Below the pieces are notes generated by a model. It worked only from the letters and a program-made list of their open reading frames with translations, did not search any database and was not told the origin of the DNA. A stretch of DNA of 64,000 nt from Candidatus Margulisiibacteriota bacterium (GTDB lineage Bacteria > Margulisbacteria > WOR-1 > O2-12-FULL-45-9), in contig JAYEOW010000029.1 of NCBI GenBank assembly GCA_034723395.1, forward strand, positions 4,737 to 68,736, in the 5' to 3' direction. The position numbers and the translations under genes are program-made. This document shows, in pieces, positions 57,185 to 64,000 of this stretch. Position 1 is the stretch's first letter. Each line of letters opens with the position of its first letter.

Positions 57185-58114
57185 TTACTTCTTATGTTTT
57201 CTAACTAACTGATATCCCTTTTGAATGCATTCGATGATAAATTCGATTAAGTGAGTTTCAGATTTTTTCTGGGCATATTCCAAATCTTCATAGTATTCGG
57301 TTTTCTGGTTATTTTCGATCAGGCATGGTGCATAGCCCGCATTCAGGAGTTGAATGATCATAATTAATCTTCCAGCCCGGCCGTTACCGTCGCCAAAAGG
57401 ATGGATCGCTTCGAATGCTGCGTGCATTTTGGCAATATGCTTTACTATATGTTCTTTGGTGCGATTAATTTTTCTCAATAACCTGGCTATCTCTTCCTGA
57501 ATATCTTCCGGATGTGGCAGGATTAGGTCTACTCCGCGGATAGCCCGATGATGTTTTGAGTATTTTCCGGCATCTGGGTTTATTCCTTGTAAAATAATGC
57601 CGTGAAGCTTTTTTATGATTTTTTCGGTGATCGGCCCTTTGAATTTGCCGTCGAAGATCATGTTTAGGGCCACGGCATGATTGGTAGCTTCCAAATGTTC
57701 GACATAAGACTTATCTGGAATGTGAGCTTTGTCAAAAATAATTGTTTCGGTCTGTTTTTTGGTAAGCGTGCTTCCTTCAATGGCGTTGGAATTATAGGTA
57801 AGTTCCAAAAGGAGGTCTTCCCTTAAGTGTTTATTTTCTTTTATTATCTTTTTTATGTTTTTATGTTTTTTCTTTTCCCGGTCGAGCGAATGAAGCGCTT
57901 GCCGGATGTTTTTGTCAGGAAGAGGGAGGATGCCGACCTCCTCTTTATAGACCCTATAGATCTCTTTTTGGGTTGAAGGGCGCGGTTTTGCCCGTTGGTT
58001 AAGCCAGCGATTAAGGGCAGCAAAGGTAACGCCGATTTCTTGGGCCAGCTTTACCTGGCTCCAGCCGGTTGCGTTGAGAATGGCCTTTATTTGCGCTATA
58101 TAGTTATTAGGCAT
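57185..58114 (-). CDS. Fic-family protein (class II, auto-inhibited) with N-terminal HTH
   Basis: Canonical HPFGDGNGRAGR Fic motif and an upstream inhibitory motif SNAIEG ([ST]xxxE[GN]). N-terminal HTH LKLAQEIGVTFAALNRW. Confidence 0.85.
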   Translation of the reverse strand: MPNNYIAQIKAILNATGWSQVKLAQEIGVTFAALNRWLNQRAKPRPSTQKEIYRVYKEEVGILPLPDKNIRQALHSLDREKKKHKNIKKIIKENKHLREDLLLELTYNSNAIEGSTLTKKQTETIIFDKAHIPDKSYVEHLEATNHAVALNMIFDGKFKGPITEKIIKKLHGIILQGINPDAGKYSKHHRAIRGVDLILPHPEDIQEEIARLLRKINRTKEHIVKHIAKMHAAFEAIHPFGDGNGRAGRLIMIIQLLNAGYAPCLIENNQKTEYYEDLEYAQKKSETHLIEFIIECIQKGYQLVRKHKK

Positions 58115-58345
58115 ATATGGGCATAGTATATACGAAACTATATAGAGGTGTCAAGGGCAAATTGGCTTTTTGCCGTCGCGGCGCAATTAGTGATTATTTT
58201 AACTTTAAAGAGGATAGAGAAGAATTCCAATGAAGATATCGGCGTAATTTTGCGAAATAGTGAAATTTTTGAGGGGGGACGACGATGATAATGTGATGTG
58301 GGAAGTAGTGCTGGCCGGGAAATTAAGTTGAATGGGGATAAATTT

Positions 58346-58591
58346 ATGACAAAAATTAGAATCATCCAGCCCTATGACCAGGTCTCGTTTGGCCGATTTG
58401 TAGTTAATAAGCGTGACATGCAAAGACGCAGCCTGCTTGTCGAAAACCTTAATCCTGTATTTTCTTATTTTCGCAAGAACACGCCTAAAATTTTTGAGAA
58501 AGATTACTTCACTGGTTATTTCTTGGAAAATCTGAATAAAACAGGAAAAAAACATTTCGAAACTGGTGAGCCCCTTAGCCGAGCACTTTGA
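58346..58591 (+). CDS. Hypothetical small ORF in the Fic/RSH intergenic region
   Basis: 81 aa from MTKIRIIQ. Overlapped by an antisense ORF of similar size, so the coding status is uncertain. Confidence 0.25.
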   Translation: MTKIRIIQPYDQVSFGRFVVNKRDMQRRSLLVENLNPVFSYFRKNTPKIFEKDYFTGYFLENLNKTGKKHFETGEPLSRAL

Positions 58592-58682
58592 CCAGCGCTG
58601 GGGTTGGGGAAAAATGGACAAACTGCTCAGCGTTCTTAATTAAGCTTGCTGCGAGGAAGAAGAGAAGATTGAGCTTGTCTTA

Positions 58683-60926
58683 GTGGGTTCACCGGGATTA
58701 CCCAACTCCAAAATCAAGATACTGCCTCGGCAATGTTCAGTAGATAAGGATGATAATTTTGACTTTATAGGTCTTGCACAAAATCCTGCGTGGCTTAGGA
58801 TAGCGCTTGATAGTTCCAGAATAGAACTGAATACGGTTTATACTGAAAGCGAGCTCTATCAAATCGCGGTTGAGGAATTCGGTGAAGTCAGCCGCGAGGC
58901 GGTGGCGAGCCTTTTTATTCAGCAATATCCCTCCTTTGTCCAGCTCATGCGCCCTCGTTGCCGTGAGCACGAAGAACGCCTTTTTGTTCGCAGAGGGCGC
59001 CAACCATACTCCAATATACGGTTCGTGAACCCTCGTTGCCATGAGCACGAAGAACGTCCTGTTGTTCGCAGAGGGGGCCAGCCAAAAACTGTGCCGGTGT
59101 TTTTGCTGGAAGGCCCCGAATTTTTTTATTTCGGAAGTGAACCCGAAAGTGAACTATATACCCTGGCTTTAAAAAAAGAGATAAAAGAGATCGTAAAAGA
59201 AGGGCGGGCAGTTCCGGTTTATTTTCAAAAAAATCGAGCGGCCTATTTTACTCCTGACGCTCTGGCGCAATGGCTAGAGGCAGGAGACATTTTAGAGGTG
59301 GAAGAAAACAACGCCCTGAAATACGTTTTTACGCAAAAGTCCGGAGTTTTCTTTGCTGGCGGCAAAGCAAAAATACGCCGCAAATCTATGCCCGCGGCTA
59401 GTGAGGCCCTCCTTAGTTTTTTAAGAAACAAGCAGCTTTCCAGGCGGGAAAGACTTTCTTTCCCGCTGCTTGCGGAAGCCATCCAGGCTTTAGCTTCTTC
59501 TCCCCAGGGTACTGATCCATATTTTGAGGCGGCGCGCATCGCAGCCGAACATGGCGCGTCAGAAACAAGCCTAGCTGCGCTTCTTCTGCAGAAGATTTTA
59601 CCAGAATATACCAGCCCCAGCTATGATTGGTTATTAAATAAAAGGGGTCTACCGACTACGTTTATACAGCATCTCAAAGCTGTCCACGGAGAAACCGGAT
59701 TTTCGTGGAGGAGATGGCCCCTTGAAGTGCGCCTACTGGGAGGTAAAGTTGCCGACATTCGACATGTCTCTGGTATGCATGTGGGCTTGATGCGCATCCA
59801 GAATGCCGGAGACATACATACTTATTTGCAGCTTTTTCTTAATGTTCTTGGTTTTGATTCTAGTTATAAGCAAGAGACCTACCTCGAATACTTTGCCACT
59901 GTTTTGGGAAAACTCCGGCATACGCCGGTGCGAGCCCTTAAAAAAGAAGAGGAAAGAAATCTAAGGGTTGTAGTAGCTCCCCTGGCGGAAAGACGTGGTT
60001 TTTCTGGTTTAGCGGCGATGATCCGTAATGAAATATTCCGTATTTCTTACAACCGCGCCTACAATCATTTTCGAAGAAAAATTGAAAAAGCGACCGGCTT
60101 AACTTATTCAGAGATGGAGCTACACCTGCAAGATACAGTAAACCTAATTCGCGAAGTGATTGCTGCGGCAGGCATTGCGCCTGAAGACTATGAGATCTTC
60201 TTTCGGGTTAAACTCCCTTATTCAGCATGGGAGAAGATGCAAGCTAATAAGATCAGTGATCCTGGTCAAGTTCATGATCTCTTAGGGATGAGTATCGTGG
60301 CTGAAAATGACCGTTTGGTCCGCCGCATTGAGAAATTGATCCCTCAGGTGCTTCCAAACCTCTCACTTGAAAATTTTAAGGACCCTCACGAACTTTTGCC
60401 GCACATGCGTGAAAATCGTCTGCCAACATATAAGGATCAGATTGCTAAACCCGCGGACAGCGGCTTCTCAGCGATAACCATGATACGTTTGACTATGCTA
60501 AAGTTGCCAGCGGAAGTTCAAGTCACAAGTCGAGAGCGTGACAGGATAAATCGCGAGGGTGTTGCCGCGCACTGGAAGCATAAGATACGCAGGGAGATCA
60601 AACATTTTTACGGGATTGAAATTGCTGAACTTGCGGATCTCGTGGAACACAAAGATAAGTTTAGCGTGGTCCTTTATGGGGATTGGAAAGGGAATATTAG
60701 GAAAACCCTTAACCAGGGCCTGGATTACAAGGTGTTTGATAATTTGCAAGAAAAGGATGTGGCGGAGTTTCTGGATTACAATCCCCATGATAAGCTATTT
60801 TATCTAGACCATTGGAAATTTAGGCGTTTGGGAAGAATCCGCCGTGTCTCCGCGCTTGAGCCTCTCCAGACTGAAGGGGACCATTCTATGACCTATCTCT
60901 TTTTAGTGCTCAGGGATAAAAAATAA
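58683..60926 (+). CDS. RelA/SpoT-homolog synthetase-domain protein with non-canonical architecture (large N-terminal extension, no recognisable HD, TGS or ACT domains)
   Basis: Residues ~495-650, RVKLPYSAWEKMQANK...DLLGMSIVAE...DQIAKPADSGFSAIT...AEVQVTSRER...GVAAHWKHK, align with the RelA synthetase core GRPKHIYSIWRKMQKK...DVRAVRIVAE...DYVANPKPNGYQSIHT...EIQIRT...GVAAHWKYK. The N-terminal boundary is uncertain. Confidence 0.6.
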   Translation: MGSPGLPNSKIKILPRQCSVDKDDNFDFIGLAQNPAWLRIALDSSRIELNTVYTESELYQIAVEEFGEVSREAVASLFIQQYPSFVQLMRPRCREHEERLFVRRGRQPYSNIRFVNPRCHEHEERPVVRRGGQPKTVPVFLLEGPEFFYFGSEPESELYTLALKKEIKEIVKEGRAVPVYFQKNRAAYFTPDALAQWLEAGDILEVEENNALKYVFTQKSGVFFAGGKAKIRRKSMPAASEALLSFLRNKQLSRRERLSFPLLAEAIQALASSPQGTDPYFEAARIAAEHGASETSLAALLLQKILPEYTSPSYDWLLNKRGLPTTFIQHLKAVHGETGFSWRRWPLEVRLLGGKVADIRHVSGMHVGLMRIQNAGDIHTYLQLFLNVLGFDSSYKQETYLEYFATVLGKLRHTPVRALKKEEERNLRVVVAPLAERRGFSGLAAMIRNEIFRISYNRAYNHFRRKIEKATGLTYSEMELHLQDTVNLIREVIAAAGIAPEDYEIFFRVKLPYSAWEKMQANKISDPGQVHDLLGMSIVAENDRLVRRIEKLIPQVLPNLSLENFKDPHELLPHMRENRLPTYKDQIAKPADSGFSAITMIRLTMLKLPAEVQVTSRERDRINREGVAAHWKHKIRREIKHFYGIEIAELADLVEHKDKFSVVLYGDWKGNIRKTLNQGLDYKVFDNLQEKDVAEFLDYNPHDKLFYLDHWKFRRLGRIRRVSALEPLQTEGDHSMTYLFLVLRDKK
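58949..59079 (+). repeat. Two ~53-nt direct repeats, 78 nt apart, each with terminal inverted arms (GCGCCCTC...GAGGGCGC)
   Basis: R1 58949-59001 and R2 59027-59079 are about 85% identical. They lie in frame within the 5' part of the RSH-domain ORF, encoding PRCREHEER...RRGRQP and PRCHEHEER...RRGGQP. Confidence 0.6.
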
Positions 60927-61046
60927 ACTCATTTTATAACAATCTTTACCATGCTTTGATTTTAGCATAATATTCGTTTATAATAATGTTTCTTAATGCG
61001 ATTCGCGAAATCCCAAAGAAGATTGTAAAAGGAAGGTATAGCTGTA

Positions 61047-62909
61047 ATGAAAATGTTAAAAGAAAAATGTGGGGCAGAAAATTATAAAAAGCTGGAGGCG
61101 CTGGGCAATCCGGCCTTGCTTGAATTTGTGGCAAAATATGTGGAACATTGCAATCCCGCGTCGGTTTTTGTGCGTACCGATTCTCCGGAGGATGCGGAAT
61201 ACATTAGGAATAAAGCGATCGAGAACAAAGAAGAACATAAACTGGCTATTAAAGGCCATACTTATCACTTTGACGGATATTTTGACCAGGCCAGGGATAA
61301 GGCGAATACAAAATATCTGCTCCCTCCGGACGTAGAGCTGGGTTCTGATATCCGGAAAACAGACCGGACTAAAGGTTTGCAGGAGATTAGCGGACTTCTA
61401 AAGAACATTATGTCCGGCAAAGAGATGTATGTCGGCTTCTTTTGTCTGGGTCCGACAAATTCCCCTTTTTCGATCCCCGCGCTCCAGATAACCGATTCGG
61501 CTTATGTGGCGCATAGTGAGGATATCCTTATCCGAAGCGGGTACGAGATGTTTAAAAAACTGGGGAAGACGGCCGATTTTTTCAAGTTTGTTCACAGCGC
61601 TGGAGAGCTCGAAGGCGGCGTGAGTAAAAATGTTGATAAACGCAGGGTTTATATTGACCTTGAGCAGAATTTGGTTTTCAGTGCCAATACCCAGTATGCC
61701 GGTAATACTGTTGGCTTAAAGAAGTTGGCCATGCGCCTGGCTATAAAAAAGGCCTCCTTTGAAGGGTGGCTTACCGAGCATATGTTTGTTATGGGGGTCC
61801 ATGGCCCAAAGGGGAGGGTCTCTTATTTATCCGGTTCATTTCCGAGCGCCTGCGGAAAAACGTCTACCGCGATGCTGGAAGGCGAAACGATCGTCGGGGA
61901 TGATATCGCCTATTTAAGGAATATTGACGGCAAAATTCGCGCGGTAAATGTTGAGCGCGGGATGTTCGGCATTATCCGTGACGTGAATAAAAAAGGAGAT
62001 CCATTGATCTTTGAAGCGCTTAATTCTACTGGAGAAGTGATCTTTTCTAACATCCTGGTAGCTGATAAGGGGATCCCTTTTTGGCTTGGGGATGGCAGGG
62101 AGATGCCTGAAAAGGGTAAAAATTACTCCGGCGAATGGACGATCGGAAAAAAGGACGCAAAAGGGCAGGAGATAACCCACTCGCATAAGAACTCAAGATA
62201 TACCATCCGTTTGAGTGAATTAAAAAATTGCGACCCTAAGCTTAATGACCCCGAAGGGGTGGAACTGTCCGGTATTATTTACGGTGGCAGGGATTCAGAT
62301 ACTACTGTACCGGTCGAGCAATCATTTGATTGGAACCATGGGATATTGATGAAGGGGGCAACGATCGAATCGGAGACCACCGCCGCCACCCTGGGACAGG
62401 AAGGGGTAAGGAAGTTCAATCTCATGGCCAATATAGATTTCCTCTCGATCCCGATGGGGAGGTATATTACTAATAATTGTGATCTGGGCAACTCGGTGAA
62501 AAAACCACCCCAGATTTTTTTGGTTAACTATTTCCTAAAAGATAAAGATGGTAAATATTTGAACGGGGTAAAGGATAAGCATGTCTGGCTTAGATGGATG
62601 GAGCTGCGCATTCACGGTGATGTTTCGGCGATCAAGACCCCCACCGGTTATATTCCGGAGTATAAAGACCTTAAAAAAATATTTGAAGAGGTACTTGATA
62701 AAGAATACTCAAAAGAGGAATACCTTAAACAGTTTACTATAAGAATTCCTGAGAACCTTGCTAAGATAAAAAGAATTGCCGAGATCTATAAGACCAAAGT
62801 TCCCGATGCTCCGCATATCCTGTTCGAAGCGCTAGAAGAGCAAAAAAATAGGCTAGAGGAAACCAGGAAAAAATTGGGAGATTATATATCTCCTGAGGCT
62901 TTGGGTTAA
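61047..62909 (+). CDS. pckG: Phosphoenolpyruvate carboxykinase (GTP)
   Basis: GTP-PEPCK P-loop FPSACGKTS; ~620 aa. Confidence 0.85.
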   Translation: MKMLKEKCGAENYKKLEALGNPALLEFVAKYVEHCNPASVFVRTDSPEDAEYIRNKAIENKEEHKLAIKGHTYHFDGYFDQARDKANTKYLLPPDVELGSDIRKTDRTKGLQEISGLLKNIMSGKEMYVGFFCLGPTNSPFSIPALQITDSAYVAHSEDILIRSGYEMFKKLGKTADFFKFVHSAGELEGGVSKNVDKRRVYIDLEQNLVFSANTQYAGNTVGLKKLAMRLAIKKASFEGWLTEHMFVMGVHGPKGRVSYLSGSFPSACGKTSTAMLEGETIVGDDIAYLRNIDGKIRAVNVERGMFGIIRDVNKKGDPLIFEALNSTGEVIFSNILVADKGIPFWLGDGREMPEKGKNYSGEWTIGKKDAKGQEITHSHKNSRYTIRLSELKNCDPKLNDPEGVELSGIIYGGRDSDTTVPVEQSFDWNHGILMKGATIESETTAATLGQEGVRKFNLMANIDFLSIPMGRYITNNCDLGNSVKKPPQIFLVNYFLKDKDGKYLNGVKDKHVWLRWMELRIHGDVSAIKTPTGYIPEYKDLKKIFEEVLDKEYSKEEYLKQFTIRIPENLAKIKRIAEIYKTKVPDAPHILFEALEEQKNRLEETRKKLGDYISPEALG

Positions 62910-62969
62910 AATAATTTGCCAATACTTTTTATAGTAAGTTTCACTGTTTTATAGTATAATAATTTTACC

Positions 62970-64000
62970 ATGAAAATTCGTTCGAATACACGTGAAGGGA
63001 ACAAGATTATCCTCGAAGTTGAAGAAGATTATTCAGAATTCCTCAAATCGGTCGATAAAACTATCATTGAAGCGGGGAAAGAGGTTAAAATTCCCGGTTT
63101 CCGCCCCGGTAAAGCCCCCAAAGCGATGGTTGAAAAGGTGTTAAACCGCGAATTTATTGAAGCGCAGGCAGCTCAGGACCTTATCTCCGCAATTTATCCA
63201 AGAATCCTTGATGAGATAAAAATTGAACCGGTTGATTATCCTAATCTTCAAATTCTTGATAAAAAGAAGAAGAAACCAATCGTTTATAAGATCGAGATCG
63301 AGGTTTACCCGGAGGTAAAACTCGGTAAATATAAGGGTTTGAGGGCTGAGAAAAAAGAGGTAAAAGTTACTGATGAAGATGTGAATAAAGTCTTGGAAAA
63401 CCTCCAAAAAAGGCTGGCCCATATGGAAGGGGGCGAGCCGGCGATCGATGATGAATTTGCTAAAAAAGTGAGCAAGTATCAGACCCTTGAAGAGCTAAAA
63501 AAAGAGTTTCGAACGGGGATGCAAAAAGATAAAGAGGGCGCCGAAGAGGCTGACGTAAAGAATAAGCTTATCGCAGAAGCCTCGAAAAATGCAAAAGTGG
63601 ATATTCCCAACGGGATGGTCAAGCGGGAGATCGATGTAATGCTTGATGAGCTGCGCAACTCACTTGCTCAAAGCGGCTTGACCCTTGAAGATTATTTAAA
63701 AGGGATAAAAAAGGACGAGAAGCTGATGCGGGAAGAGCTGCACAAATCGGCCGAAGTAAGGGTGATCGGTAAAGTCGTTTTAAAGGCGATCGCGGAAACT
63801 GAAAAAATTGAGATCTCAAAAGAGGAGATGGATGAGGAGCTCAAAGAGCTGGCAAAGGCGGCCGGGCAGCCGGTCGAAGAGGCGGGTAAAGAGATCGATG
63901 AGCACGCTAAAAAATATGTCGAAGACTATCTCATGCGCCGTAAAGCGCTAGATTTTATTCTAGAAAAAGCAAAGGTAACAACGGTTGAAAACAAGCCCCT
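62970..64000 (+). CDS. tig: Trigger factor (partial; 3' end beyond the window)
   Basis: Own translation MKIRSNTREGNKIILEVEEDY...KIPGFRPGKAPKAMVEKV (trigger factor signature). A TATAAT lies at 62955-62960. Confidence 0.85.
   Translation, partial: MKIRSNTREGNKIILEVEEDYSEFLKSVDKTIIEAGKEVKIPGFRPGKAPKAMVEKVLNREFIEAQAAQDLISAIYPRILDEIKIEPVDYPNLQILDKKKKKPIVYKIEIEVYPEVKLGKYKGLRAEKKEVKVTDEDVNKVLENLQKRLAHMEGGEPAIDDEFAKKVSKYQTLEELKKEFRTGMQKDKEGAEEADVKNKLIAEASKNAKVDIPNGMVKREIDVMLDELRNSLAQSGLTLEDYLKGIKKDEKLMREELHKSAEVRVIGKVVLKAIAETEKIEISKEEMDEELKELAKAAGQPVEEAGKEIDEHAKKYVEDYLMRRKALDFILEKAKVTTVENKP

Noticed and set aside
58205-58621. 138-aa minus-strand ORF in the Fic/RSH intergenic region
   Set aside because: It overlaps an equally weak plus-strand ORF (58346..58591). 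Neither has clear RBS or homology, so I kept only a low-confidence note on the plus-strand one.

Overview
This window looks like a chromosomal region from an anaerobic, probably diderm bacterium. Gene order and content are mostly housekeeping, and coding density is high, with many 1-4 nt start/stop overlaps suggesting operons. I see no CRISPR array, rRNA gene or obvious prophage or transposon. Main content in order: (1) a FASII operon on the minus strand, yceD-rpmF-plsX-fabH-[acyl-CoA dehydrogenase-etfB-etfA(ferredoxin-fused)]-fabD-fabG-acpP-fabK-fabF, followed by a large secreted repeat protein; (2) a Xer-type recombinase, metK, a secreted protein built from 15 tandem ~58-aa repeats, and a hinge-less 'mini-SMC'; (3) an envelope cluster with an SLH-domain protein, an outer-membrane beta-barrel with a C-terminal SLH domain, an Ig-like secreted protein and a 7TM-Cache histidine kinase; (4) clpC, radA, a LeuC-type dehydratase large subunit, rnc, pyrC, a Ca/Na antiporter, ruvCA, class I fumarase alpha/beta, mdh, rsmA, pdxA, an aminotransferase, lipA, pilT/pilD, ftsB-like and an S1-domain protein; (5) an rpoN module (rpoN, an NtrC-type activator, a small ORF and a degenerate pseudo-activator) bracketed by tRNA-Leu and tRNA-Met; (6) ubiB, a BaiN-type flavoprotein, a class-II Fic protein divergently paired with a 747-aa protein carrying a RelA/SpoT-type (p)ppGpp-synthetase domain in a non-canonical architecture, then GTP-PEPCK and trigger factor. 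The most interesting candidates are the acd-etfBA module inside the FASII operon, the Fic/RSH-domain locus with its in-frame structured tandem repeat, the pseudo-enhancer-binding protein, the beta-barrel-SLH fusion, and two families of short AT-rich intergenic repeats.
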